A stretch of 64,000 nt of DNA, from NCBI GenBank assembly GCA_965202585.1, contig OZ241828.1, positions 18,104,001 to 18,168,000 of the forward strand, written 5' to 3'. The stretch comes from Thalia democratica. Taxonomy: Eukaryota. Shown piece by piece: positions 51,633-64,000 of this stretch. The stretch's first letter is position 1; each line of letters opens with the position of its first letter. The notes beneath the pieces were generated by a model that saw only the letters and a program-made list of their open reading frames with translations, was not told the origin of the DNA and made no database searches. The translations under genes were made by a program, and so were the position numbers.

Positions 51633-53133
51633 GGGCCACCTCGTTGTTTTTTAAGTTACTTGCATGTTTTTTTTTGTTTTTTTATACTAGTTAGACTAGT
51701 CATAAAATTTAGTCAGTAAATTTATACAGATGCAAATGTGAAACTTAAATGGACATAAAAAATAAAAATAAAAGTAGATATAGTTGTTAATAGATGATGA
51801 TATACATGGGTATGAGATATGTGTTTTTTTTTAAATTTTGTCTCTATATTTTATTTACTATTTAATCAAACAAATATGTTCAACTTTTTCTCTGAAAAAA
51901 TTGCTATTTAAATATTCTATTTAAATTTAAATTTGCCAATTAATTGTTACTTTTATGATTTAAATCTGATGTTTTAAACTAAAGGTTTTTTTAATTTGAC
52001 TATGTCAATATGCAGCTTCCCCTAACAAAAAGACCACAAGAGGCCACTGGTACTCAATAAATTTTCTAAAATATAGCAGAACCTATATATTTAGTTTTAT
52101 ATCATAACAGCAAGTTCGAAGAAAAAGCAAAAAATATTCTGCAAAAGTATTCTTTAAACAGCATAGATCACAATAACTGCTAAAATGAACGTTAGATTAA
52201 GTAAAAATAAAACTAACTTGTAACAAGTTTTTTGTTAACAAGTAAAGTTTTATAATAGCTTAAAGCAATTTAATATGAGCTGATAAACAGTAAGAATATT
52301 GACAAAGTTCTTTATTTTTGTCCCTTTGTAGTTACTGTTGTTAAAAATAACCGTTTAATTTTGGTAAGTTGTATTTATCAATAAGCTCTTAAATGTTTTT
52401 GAAATGTATGACTTTAATTCTAAGAGAAAATAGCTGAATATAAATTTTAAACTATGTTCATGAATCTAAATAACCAAATTTTAAAAATAATTATTTTCAA
52501 CAAAAGAAGAATACCGTAACTTTTATAATAAGTATTATTTATTACGTCATCTAGTTACATCTTTTTGAATAAAACTGCAAATTTTTAACACTCAATGATA
52601 TTTATCAGCTTTATTGACAAAGTTGAAACTGTTAAAGTTTTATCAAAAACTGAACTAGTGCAATAAATTTTACACTTGATAATTTAAGCTTTATTGCTTG
52701 TAATGTGTTTGTTATCTTTAAGTTTATTAAAAAAGACATGTAGTTTTAATTCTTAAACGTTTTGCATATTCTCAATATTTTTAATTACGACGTTGTCTAA
52801 ACTATTGTTTACTGCTTAGAATAAATATATAAATGATTGAATATAATATTTCTACCATACTACTTATTATAACTTTAATTACGCTTTAATTATTAAGCCG
52901 TTGGCAGCACTTTAGAAAATTAAGCTTAATCTAAATACCTGAAACTAAAAGTAGTCGTAACTTTTCTAAAACTTCAATAGCTTAAAAATATATTGTAAAT
53001 GTTTAAAAGGTATCCGTGGTGATAACCTTAGGTTCTTCGTGCACCAGGTCTTAGGACAACATATTTTGAGCTTTAATTATGCTTAAAATAGTACTCGCGT
53101 GTTTTTATTTTGTTTCTTTTCGATAAATAATTG

Positions 53134-53161
53134 TAAAAATGATATAAAAGGTCAAAAGTCG
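53134..53161 (+). promoter_or_regulatory. Decayed palindrome core
   Basis: ttgtaaaaatgatataaaaggtcaaaagtcgctaca versus consensus ttgcgagaatgatataaaagatcaatttctcgctaca. Confidence 0.45.
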
Positions 53162-54293
53162 CTACATTTTTTTAACGAAGCACACAATTATTTACTTGCC
53201 GTATTTGCTAAATACTTTTATGAATTTTCTTGACCAAAAGTATCATATTTGTCGAAAAAAATATGTTTTATCAATATAAGGATATTTATTAGTCATTATA
53301 GTGAACTTATACATTAATAAACAATCTATGTACTTCTGTCTGTACTATGTTAACTATCTTTTTTTTTTTTTTTTAAAAAAAGTAGCTCCTTTTTCATTAG
53401 TTTTTTTAATTTTTTCAAAGATAATCTGTCTCAACATTGTTTAATGCTTAAAACATGCTAGTTAAGTTACCAATTTATTTTTATCAGGTTTATATTAGTT
53501 GTATAACATTATGAAAGATCATACTATTAGTGATAAGCTGCACTTGTATAACTAAATATTATTGTTGTTTTGGTCACCTTTACAAAAATGATTAATTGCT
53601 TTTAATAAGTTAATATGTTTCCTTAACTGACACTTTTGAACTGGTAAAAAATTTACGGAGATGTTTATTTATACTTAATTTCAATGTTTGATACTGTACA
53701 AATAAAAACCAATATTTAATTAATGCTCATTGTTTCATGTTAATAATGATCACAAGAAAAAAAAACTGTGTTTGTTTTTATGACATATTATTACGATTAA
53801 GTAATGATTTAATTTATATAGTTTAAACATACTATAAATCTTTCAATAAACAAAAAAAAAGGTTTTTAGGGCGATACATATCTTTATTAACCGCCATTGT
53901 ATAATCCTAAAATAGTTATTTTATATCAAACGTAATATATAATTGTTGTACCACTCAGAGTTAAGTTATAGTTTTAAATTGAGCAAGTTTTACTTACTAG
54001 TTTAGTTAGATAGTTTAGTTCTAACTTTAACTTAGTTATCACTTTCAATAAAATTTGTTCGCCAGTTTTCGCCAGTTTATTAGCGTTAGCAAATACTCTA
54101 ATCATTTAAAAATTAAAAAATATACTTGCATGATATTACTACTTCTAGGAATTATAAAACTTTAAAATTATTTTGCTTTTAACAAATTTGTTTGTACTAC
54201 AAAACATTATGATATTTTAGATAGAATTGTAAATCTAAATAAATTCGCTGGTTCCAAGCAACGATAATTTTTTGTTATGTCTAAAACATTAAG

Positions 54294-54432
54294 TGACGTC
54301 AATTTAGAGACTCGCAAATAATTAATTCAATGAAATTTATATATAAAATCAAGTTTAACGATTATTATTTAACTTTAGTAGTTTTGGATAAAGAATTTTG
54401 TAGCGAGAAATAGATCTCCTTTATCGTTCTCG
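54294..54432 (-). promoter_or_regulatory. Palindrome+CRE module
   Basis: tgacgtca...ctcgcaaat; cgagaaatagatctcctttatcgttctcg (29 bp); spacing 134. Confidence 0.75.
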
Positions 54433-55518
54433 CAAAACATAGCATTTAAGTTGAAAAACAGCTAATTTTTTGAAAATAATTAATATAATAACGAATTTTT
54501 GTTTTAGCAATTTTTTCATATTATAAATATGAAACATTTTACAAAAAATCACAAACTATAAAATTAATGTATAATAAAATATTATGTTTATGCTTAGTAA
54601 TCTTTTTAAAAATACTTGCAAAGATATTGTTTGTTAGATTATAATCCCGTAACGTATTAAAAAAATGAACTGGATGTTTTGGAAAACATAATGGCAACCT
54701 TAAAAAAAAATTATTTTGTTTATCATAATTAACGATAACCTTTGCTTTAAAATTCAATGTATAGTTAAAATAAAACATGTTTAAGGTTTAATCTATGGTT
54801 TTTGTTATCCACGAAAAATAGTTTACATTAATAAAACTGTGCTTTAACATTTTGTTATGTAGTTTTCGTGTCTTAATAAATTACGTTTTCGAAATTTCAC
54901 AACAGATAGTTTAAGTTGTGAGTAGCTTTTTCTTCTAAAATAAGAAGTCATACTTCATTATAGTTTATGTTTTTTTAGTTTGTCTATTTTAATGTTATTG
55001 AGCATTTTTAGTTATGCATTTTATAAAATGTTTTTGCATAAAACAAAATACTAAGTTTAATTTCTTTAGAATAAAAGTTGTCAAATTGTATTTTTGATAA
55101 TGTTTTGCTATTGTTTACTCTACTAAAAATTTTGTTGTTTGTTTGTTTAAACAATTGTTTCATGATTTTTTTTTCACTTTTAATATTAACTTATGGAAAT
55201 TTCTTTTTTTAAAAAAAAAAGCATTCTTTCCTATTTGGTAGGTTCCTATTTTCATTTTAAGTTTTCTAGTTTTTACCGATAGGTCCACAATTTGACAAAA
55301 GCTAAAAATCAAAGTGATAACATTTTAATTTAAAACGTAGTTTTTTTTAGCTTTGTAAATCAATAAAAATTTAGCATAATAACGTTAATGATGCTTTTTT
55401 TTATCAAGTTAGTTAAAATAAATACATTAAAGATTTTTTTACGATAAAATTAACTAATCAATTTTAGTTGACGGATCTCAATAGTTATACGTTTAATAGT
55501 AATAGTATTAAACTTTTG

Positions 55519-55625
55519 CGAGAATGATACAGAAAATCGATACAAACTATGCCAGACCGGAAGAACAACATATTTTAATTAGTTGTAGTTTTTAGTTAGA
55601 TTTTGTGCGTCTTTCAAAGACATTA
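55519..55625 (+). promoter_or_regulatory. Module with the right arm of the palindrome deleted
   Basis: ttgcgagaatgatacagaaaatcgat, then ttttgtgcgt and agacatta (decayed CRE). Confidence 0.45.
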
Positions 55626-56505
55626 TGTTTCAGTATAAGATTTACTTTAAAAGTTCTTCAATGTATTTTAAACTGGTTGAATTTTAATTCAAGTTTGTGA
55701 AACGATAGCATAAGTTTAGTTTGTCTAAAAAGATGAGTAATGTTGTCTATTCCTTCAAAAAATTTAACTTCTCGAAATTGGTAGATTTTTATTTTTACTA
55801 AACTTGATTCTTTTTAAAGGTTTTATTTCAGTAATGGTTTGTATTAAAATCATTAAAACAAAATTGCATGTTAAGTAAATAAACTTTTTGAGCAACAACT
55901 TAAAAGTCAAATCTAGCAGTAAAATAATTTCTTGCATTTAAAGTTAATTTGAATTTAATTTTAACTAAAATCTATTGTAAACGTTTTTCTATTTGTTTTT
56001 TCCTCACTGCATAAAATCTTTTATTTTACGTAGTATTACAGGTCTGTTTATTGGTTTATATATAACTAGTAACATTAAATTCAAAAGATAAAGGGTATTT
56101 CTAAATTACATATTTTTTATCATTTTTAAAACAGAAACAAAAATTTTATTTAAGTAATAGTCTTTTTAATATAAATTTAAACTTAACTTAACTATAATTT
56201 TAATGCCTGTTGTAGATACAACTTAATCATTACTATATCTTAAATTAATTGTTAAAAGTATATTTAATGTAAGGAATGCTACAAAGTTGTTTATTTAAAA
56301 AAAACTTATTACTACTACACTTATATCTCACTTTTAGTTGTAGTTTAAAAAAAAAATGTTGCAAAATTTTATCAAAACGAAAATTATTAGTGAACTATTA
56401 AAAGTAAAAAACAATTGATACAACATTAGGTATTACAAAACAAGACCAAAAATTTCAAATTACAGTTAAAATAACTATTTATACTTCAATTATAGGATTT
56501 TAGCA

Positions 56506-56669
56506 GCTGGGCGTTTTGGCAGGCGCCTGTAATCTAGGTGCCTAAAAGCCTGAAATAATGACGAATTTACTAAATTGAAACGCTGATAAAAAACACACCG
56601 AGACAATGAATCCCAATTTGTGTGATACATGAATCGAAAGAGGTAGTTGTCGGATCCATTTCTTTTTTT
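56506..56669 (+). ncRNA. 7SL/SRP-RNA-like 164-nt sequence, copy 2
   Basis: gctgggcgttttggcaggcgcctgtaatctaggtgcc: helix GGGCGU/GCGCCU, loop complementarity GGCA/UGCC. 3' end cggatccatttc plus T7. Same length as copy 1. Confidence 0.65.
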
Positions 56670-57671
56670 AATTTTAAATATAAACTCAATATATTTTAAA
56701 TGAAGCAGTATAAAAATAGATATAGAAAAAAATAAACTTAAATTTAAACTAAAATTGAACAATATAGTCGTTTTTTGCATTGAAATTTACAATTGGCATA
56801 AGTAAATTTTTTAATGAACTGTAAACACTTATAGACACAGAGTAACTGAAATCACTTGGTTTATATGATGTCTTTATGAAAGCTATATCTAAGTACATAT
56901 TTTTTTTCTAAATGGTTAGACCAAATACACGTCAAAATAATTTACTAAAAAAATTGAAGTATACTGGATAAATGCCGATAAAGTACTTGTTAAAAATTAA
57001 GTGGTTTTGTTTAAACTTTATAAGAAACTGAGATTATTCACAAATACTGTACTATTAAATAAAGTTAAAAATTTTAGATTATACTTATTTGTGTTTCGTG
57101 TTAGCTATTAAAAAATATAAACATAAACCTTTAATACTACAATCAGAATATTAGCCAACAAAAACAAAAAATAAAGTTACAATAATACAGTGCTACATCG
57201 CTGTATTTTTTGTGCAGATAGTTATTTTAAAGAGCACAACACATGTATACAAGCTTTAAAAAATAAATACACTGTAAGGGATTAGATATTAAGCGGTCAA
57301 ATAATTTTGTGTTATTATTTAAAAAAAAGTAATATTAGCTTTAGTATCTATTTTCTAAATATCATCTGTAGAAACTACTGCAAGAAAGAAATAAATAGTA
57401 AATATACGATACATACATTTTGGTTTAAACCGAAAACATACTTCAATATTACTTGTAACTAACCTTTAATTTTAATGAAGTAATTCATAAAACTAAATAA
57501 ATCGAGCATTAGCTATAATATATATTTTTGTGTTTGTGGCAGTGAATAGTAGTTTATTTCTATCTAACTTAGCTACGCTGTCATCCATTAAAAACTTTCT
57601 AGATCACAGGCGTTTGACAAAGCACCCGTTTCAAAAGCATAAAAACCATCATACTTGGTGATCATTTAAAC

Positions 57672-57710
57672 CAGGGGTGGGCAACATTTTTGTTCAGTGG
57701 GCCGGATTAA
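57672..57710 (+). mobile_element. 5' end of a hAT (Charlie-like) MITE
   Basis: atttaaac|caggggtgggcaac...gtgggccgga; no 3' end found. Confidence 0.5.
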
Positions 57711-59873
57711 TATTTAACTAAAACTACTATATATCTAAACTACTTACTAAAACAACTTACTGAAACTGAAACTACAACAAGTTTATGTGTTTATTTGTCA
57801 GCTCACTAAATCCTGCAACTTTTTTAAAATACTCCTGCGCACAATTGTAATTTTTTTGACTATTTATATTTTTTAATAGGTTATCATTTAATTATAAATT
57901 AAATAAACGATAACTTTTGATAAAGACAAACTTATCCAACATTAAAGTGCAGTATCTAAAGATCTTTATTTGGTCAATATTTAGATTTATCTTTTCATAT
58001 TCCTAAATTTAGCAAGTTAAGACCAGACTTGGTCGAACTTCGAACTTTTTTTCAGTAAAACATTATAAAAAAGTTATTAAAATAAGTACATAATGTTTTT
58101 AAATTACACAAAAAAAGGCTACTAAATAATTTATTACTCTACAAACCTAGTAAAGATTAGCTAATCTAAAAAAGTTGAAAAAAAATTGTAAAATTAGTTT
58201 TAAATATTTACTAAAACTATAATTTGTTCTAAAATTAATAAAAAAGTTTGGATTATTTTGCAATTTATAGTTATTAATCTCTGTAAAACTTGGCGCTGAG
58301 TAACTAGTTATTCATTTACTTTTTATTACTTTGGAAAAGTAAAACGTTTTTGTTTTTTTTTTTCGTTTAAAGCTATTTACGTTTATCAAACATGCATTTA
58401 AAATTTTGAGAACGTTGCGGTAGTAATTTTTTTTCAAGTTGTTATAAAATTAAATGAAAGTCGGTTGGCATTTTTCAACAAAACATTTGTCTAGTTAACA
58501 AAACACCTTTAAGTATTTCGAACGTTTTCAAACTATTAATGGTTGTAAATTTCTTTAAAAATTTAAATAACTTGTTTAGTTTGTTTAATCTCACATTATT
58601 TGTTTATTTTTTGCTTTAAATGATACATAATAATACTACAATCGGTACAAAAGTTATTCTTATTATTTACTTATAAACTTTTAAGTGAAAAGAATTAATA
58701 ATTTAAGCAGTAGTTTTTTAAACCCTCTCTTTATTTAGAGCTGAAAAAGTTTGGCAATACTGTTTTTTTAACAAAAGTAATTTCATTAGAAGCAAATCTA
58801 TTTATAAATTTATGTTGATCTGTAACAAAAACGTAGTTCTTAGTTATAGACTTTTAAGCGCTTAGAGATGTCACAGATTAAAATTTTGTTGTTTGACTTA
58901 ATATCCCTAAGTACTTTAAATAATATATAAATTCTAGTTCCTCATAACTGGCAAAGTTTAAAATCCTTACAGTCAATATCCCTAAATATTTAAAAATAAT
59001 ATTTTAAAACTAGCCTACGTTAAAATGCTTGCAGCTTTGCAACGAGTAATTGTAATCATGTAAAATAATTGGTATTTACTTCAAATTTTATGCTACTTGT
59101 CTTAGTGTATTATAAAACATTCAGACAATTACAACAACTAATAACGTATACTTCTTACAAAAAAGCGTAAATGCATTAAACAAGAATTATGAAAACAAAT
59201 TTCTCTAAAGTTAGTACTTTTGAACATTTATAGTTTAAATTGAATCGATAAATTGTCCTTTTTTATTTTTCATATATAATTATAAAAAGTTAAATTAACT
59301 ACAGCAACTTAAAACTTATTTTTTGCTTTATTTATTCTATACAATATTGAGTTCTAAAGTACAAAAATTTTGAAACGTTATGAATCAAGTATAGGTAAGC
59401 TAATCAAGTTATAAGGTTCTAAGTTATAAGTTTTCAAACAATACACACATAAATTTCAAATCAATTAGAACTTAAACTAAACAGTTCCTTACGGAATATA
59501 AACAAACTCAAAGGCGGTAATTTCCTGTAATTTGTATATTTTAAACTGAATTTTAGTAAATTTAACTTTTAGTTATGTACCATACAGTCTTTTAGGCTAT
59601 GTACTTAAAAATGTTGAAATAACGACTTGCATTTTTTACCGAAACGCTTAAGTTAGGTGGTAAAGTTGTATATGTAATTTAATGGTTAGGGATAAAATAG
59701 CGTTGCGGTAACAATTAAACTTAACTATTATACTTTTTTTAATCAGGAACCATCGTTTTTACTTAAATTTCAGCGTTAAAAGTTTTTTCGTTTAAATATT
59801 ACATTAAGTGTTTAAAAAATTTATTAAGTTCAGCATAAAATATTAACATTGTGTTATAAATATTTTATTCATG

Positions 59874-60002
59874 CACGAATGATATAAAAAAGTTATTTTT
59901 CTTTTAAAATTTGTTTCCAACCTGCTAATGTTGTTTAAAAACAAAAATTTTATAAAAAAAATTTTACAGAGTTTTGATTTTTGTGAGTTTTAAGTGGTGT
60001 CA
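59874..60002 (+). promoter_or_regulatory. Decayed palindrome+CRE module
   Basis: gcacgaatgatataaaaaagttattttt; tttgtgag and aagtggtgtcatt at spacing 124. Confidence 0.45.
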
Positions 60003-60125
60003 TTTAATTTCAAGTCATAGCAAAATAAATAGTTATATAGTTTATAGTTTTTTATTACTCTCGAAATTCACTATCACGGAACACCAATAATTTCCTAAAC
60101 CTTAATAAATTGAAGATTAATATTT

Positions 60126-60154
60126 AACAGGAATAAAATTTTAAAAAATTCTCG
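60126..60154 (-). promoter_or_regulatory. Decayed palindrome core
   Basis: tttaacaggaataaaattttaaaaaattctcgtac versus tttaacgagaattagatcttttttatcattctcgtac (49599). Confidence 0.35.
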
Positions 60155-60367
60155 TACCACTTTAAAATTAAAAAAAAAATTAAGTTTCAATTATTAACAT
60201 ACTTCAAAAACTTAAGATATAATATATAACTTTAAAATTTTAATTAGAACATTACATTAACATGTGTATATAAGTTTAATAAGAAGCTATTATATATATT
60301 AAATTGATTTATTTTTAATTTTACGAGTATATGTGTTGATGATAAAAAAAAAGTGTTTTACTTTATG

Positions 60368-60496
60368 CGAGAATGATAAAAAAGATCGATTTCTCGTTAA
60401 AAATTCGATGATAAATATATTACGGATTGTAAAAATTAAAGCCATTTTCTATTTTAAATGTTCAAGTTTGAATTTGTGGTGCTTTAAGTGACGTCA
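60368..60496 (+). promoter_or_regulatory. Palindrome+CRE module (near consensus)
   Basis: cgagaatgataaaaaagatcgatttctcg (core identical to 19370); gaatttgtggtgctttaagtgacgtca at spacing 124. Confidence 0.75.
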
Positions 60497-61434
60497 TAGC
60501 TGTAAAAATATAATTATTACTTAGTAATTTATATTGAGGTGTAACATCTTTTTTATTTTCTACTTCTCATATGTTCATTCTGTTATCTTAGTTTAATCTA
60601 ATTAGTTTTTTTAACTATATGCATGTTGTTTAATTATTTTTTATATAATGTAAATAATTTGTTTTGATATTTGTCAACGCGACAAAAACATAAAGTTAGA
60701 TAAGCTGCTTAAATCTATAATTGTGTTCAACACTTAGTTCTTAATATCAAACTTAATTTGAGTTTAATTTTTAGCACAATCTTTAATGTTTTAAAGAAAT
60801 TTGTTTTTAATCTTAGTTTCCTTTTAAAAGACTTACTTATGGAATAAACTATTAAAAAGTTCATAATCATGTTTATAAAAATAGAATCTAATATAATACT
60901 TGATCTTTTTTTATCAATTATAAAAATTATCTTAAGTGTATCTGAAAATTAAAAATTTAAATTTTTAAATCTACAATATATATAACGATAAGTAATTTAT
61001 TATAACAAAAATTTTTTTTTTAATATCTTTACAAAAAAAAAAACGACAATAAATTATTTATCTCCACTTAATACTTTAAACTAAATATATTTTAATTTAA
61101 TATAACTTATATTTAATATAACGTACGTTTAAATATTGATTAAGTTTTCTATTTATATTGAAAAGCTCTTACGAGTAAAATGTGATGTTACAATTTTTGT
61201 GAAATAAAAAATATAACAAGAATTTTGAATACCATTACGGTTTTACCGTAAAAAAATGTTTTTTATATAAAGTAAATGAGATAAATTTAAAAACAAGCTA
61301 ACAATTTTTTTTTATTAGTTAATTATTTTTGCAGAATGTGAATTAAAATTAATAGTAGTTTAATTTTAATACGTTTAACTTTAATAACAAAATACGTTTT
61401 TATCCAAAATTAAAATGGGAATAATGTGTTTTTG

Positions 61435-61564
61435 CGAGAATGATATAAATGATCAATTCCTCGATAAAAATATATTTATAATGAATAACAGATAAGACAA
61501 AAACTTACTGTAATATATATACATAATTAAAGCTATAATTTGTATATTATTTCAAGTAACATCA
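61435..61564 (+). promoter_or_regulatory. Palindrome module with decayed CRE
   Basis: cgagaatgatataaatgatcaattcctcg (29 bp); tttgtata and aagtaacatca at spacing 125. Confidence 0.65.
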
Positions 61565-62144
61565 ACCAGCTCTTTTGCAATGATTCATAAAATAAGGTAG
61601 CTGAAACATTGTTAGTTTATTTTTAAAGACATATCCTTTCATAGACTTTTTATAGATCGGCGTTTAATCAACAAAATTCTAAAATATTAATAATAGTTTA
61701 TGTATTTTCTATACTATTTAGTTACTTTAAATAATAAAAAATTGTTTATTGAAACCTACTAAATGCATTTAATGTATTAGGATTAGAAATATAAACAACA
61801 TACAAAATTTCCGTAATTTAAAAATTTTTGAAAGTTTTTTTTACTTTGGTAGTATAAACGCTAACTGTGCTTATTTTTTCAGAATTAACTTTTTAAGTCA
61901 AAGCAGAAATTAAATTGTAAAAAATTTTCTTTAAAAATTTTTTGATCTTTTTAAAAACTAAAACAAAAGTTTAGAAATATTTTCAAGTTTACAATTTTTT
62001 TGAAATAGTTTAAGTCAGTTCTAGTAGTTTTCAATTATAAGATGTTTAATTTCGTTTTATCAATAATATTAATGTTCATTATTTACGGTTTTTTTTTGTT
62101 ATTCTTAAAAATAGTTAATAGATTTTTGTTGTACTTTCAAACAG

Positions 62145-62378
62145 CTTTTAGTTAAATCTCAAATAATCAGCAGTTCTCCCAGTTTTGCTAAAGTTCATAA
62201 CTCAGTGTAAATAAGACGTCATCAAAGACTTCTGATAAAGTTTCTTCACAGTAAGAAAAATGAATGTCCACAATGTAGAGGAAGAATTACAGTTGATTCA
62301 TTCAATCTAATTAAGTTCAATGATGATTTAGAGATTGACACTCAAAACCCAGAAGATTTTCCTGTAAAAAGAATTTAA
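62145..62378 (+). pseudogene. RING-finger-like C-terminal fragment (pseudogene or terminal exon)
   Basis: One frame, with a single upstream stop, reads ...RLLIKFLHSKKNECPQCRGRITVDSFNLIKFNDDLEIDTQNPEDFPVKRI*. CPxCR preceded by a hydrophobic helix is the RING C-terminal signature. tttcttcacag at 62241-62251 could be a splice acceptor. Confidence 0.4.
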
Positions 62379-64000
62379 ATACATTTTTTGTATCTTGAAA
62401 GTGCATTTAAGTTGATAACTAGTGTTTGACGAATAAATTACAGACAAAAATTAACTTGTTTTGTTTTTAAATAATTTGTAATGTTATTATACTTTTACGT
62501 ATAAAACATATATCTTTATTTTTTACACAAAATAAAAGTAAAGATTGTCATCTCAGTAAAGTTAAGTTATTTTAACTAAATTTCCGCCTTAATTTTGAAA
62601 TGGAATAAGTTGTATAATGAAGTTTACTTGTTACGATTAAAAAGTACTAAATAATGTATGTCGATAAAAAAGTATATATTAAGTGGCAGAAACTGAACCA
62701 AAAAAGCAGAACTAGTAAAGCAAGGTTTCCGAATTAAAAGCCATATAGCCTCTGGGGACGATTTTAGTAAGTCGCGGACAATAACTAGTAGAGGAGAGGG
62801 GAAATTTTTAGATATTTTGCAGACTAACTTTTTTTCTTTTTAGCTTGCTATTTTACTAATTTTACCTTGCTATTGAATACTTGACCCTGAGGTAAAACTT
62901 AAAAAAAATTATATTTTATATATGTAAAAGTATTTGTAGATAAATGCTTAGGACTACTTTCTCATTAAAACAAAATGTTTTTATTTATAATTTTCTCATT
63001 TAACAAATACATAGGTCATATATGAAAAAATCCTTCTCCCCATTTCATAACCTGACATATATGCTATTTTAGATCTTTAATAATTTGTAAAAATTTATGC
63101 TATCTCTTATAAACTATTATCTCATGATATTTCCAATTGTTTTTTGAAAAGTCACCTAATTAGACTAAAATATAAAATTATTTAGTCTTAATTTTTCAAT
63201 AGAATAAAAAAGTCGATGTAATTAGATAAGATATATTTTACAAGTTATGTTTTGAAATCAATATTTTGTTTTTGAGGTTGCACTACTTAATTTAAAAAGG
63301 TAACTTTTAAATATTATGTACTCACATCTTTATTACTAATATGTTCTAACTTTATTCTAACAGATAACAAATAGTAGTTGTCTGGTAACAGAAACAGGGT
63401 TAATATGTAATACAATAATAATACTTAGAATAACCCTATTAAACTGCAAATACATGTTGAACAGTTGTTATTATCTTTTCCATTTATGGCGTTATAGCAA
63501 ATTAAAAATTCTGCTTAACTTTTTTTTATACTTAAAACTTCAAGATAAGTTTTATGACTTTTGTTTTTTTGTTAATTATAAGATCTTTAGAGAACATAAT
63601 TGTGTTTTTCATTAGTCTTGTTGTCAAATCTAAAAGCCAAACAGTTAATATTTTTAAGTTTATTGTTTTTTATATTAAATATAAAAACATCTGAAATTCC
63701 TGTAATTTATTGATTTTTTTGAATTTATTTTTTTTATTGATATACTGTTATTTAATAAAGTTTAATGGTTAATAGCAATCAATATAATTTTAAAAGTTAA
63801 TTCATGAAAGCATTTTGGTTTGCTGTTACTTAAGTGCGTACTTAAGTAACAGAAATATTAAAAATATGTATATATTAGATACTGATTACGATAGCAAAGT
63901 TTTCAACCCGTATTTAACTTTAGCTACTTTTTTCGGAAACGGGTCATAATTGCACGAAGAAAAAAATGCACGAGAGGACTAAATTGTTCAAAAAATGTAT

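Noticed and set aside
23565-56780. Remaining short ORFs in the track (23565, 26559, 28351, 29522, 38389, 45929, 54539, 56490)
   Set aside because: They are 60-96 aa, F/L/I/K/N-rich as expected from AT-rich non-coding DNA, with no domains. 56490..56780 is the antisense of the 7SL-like RNA.
57184-57212. Hairpin plus T-run resembling an intrinsic terminator; also a short perfect palindrome at 8229-8248
   Set aside because: Single short AT-rich stems are expected by chance in 64 kb, and bacterial-type terminators are not meaningful here.
9275-61564. The recurring palindromic module as a CRISPR array or integron attC cassette array
   Set aside because: Spacing between copies is irregular (0.2-11 kb), both orientations are mixed, there are no cas or integrase genes or cassette ORFs, and the context is eukaryotic with spliceosomal introns.
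62680-62830. GC-richer patch (gcctctggggacgattttagtaagtcgcggac...gaggagagggg)
   Set aside because: No recognisable RNA or protein signature; cannot support a call.

Overview
This is very AT-rich (roughly three-quarters A+T by eye) eukaryotic, most likely invertebrate animal, genomic DNA. It is not prokaryotic, and I cannot name the species. I can support only one intact protein-coding gene: a minus-strand BACK + Kelch-repeat protein with two coding exons (36983-36893 and 36254-34840, 501 aa) and no recognisable BTB domain. Most of the rest is transposon debris and duplication: hAT-type MITEs, a decayed Gypsy integrase, Penelope-like RT and GIY-YIG remnants, a 15-bp minisatellite, a near-perfect 2.1-kb inverted duplication (11804-16353) and diverged segmental duplications. 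The most striking unexplained structure is a dispersed family of about 25 copies of a bipartite module, in both orientations. It consists of a 29-bp interrupted palindrome (consensus RCGAGAA-TGATAWAAAAGATCDAT-TTCTCGY), a non-conserved AT-rich spacer, and a TTTGTGTG...TGACGTCA (CRE-type) block whose centre lies about 123-135 bp from the outer edge of the palindrome. Motif and spacing are conserved while the spacers are not, which looks like a promoter or protein-binding array rather than an ordinary repeat. There are also two 164-nt 7SL (SRP RNA)-like sequences and one vault-RNA-like Pol III candidate. All alignments and counts were made by eye; no database search was run.
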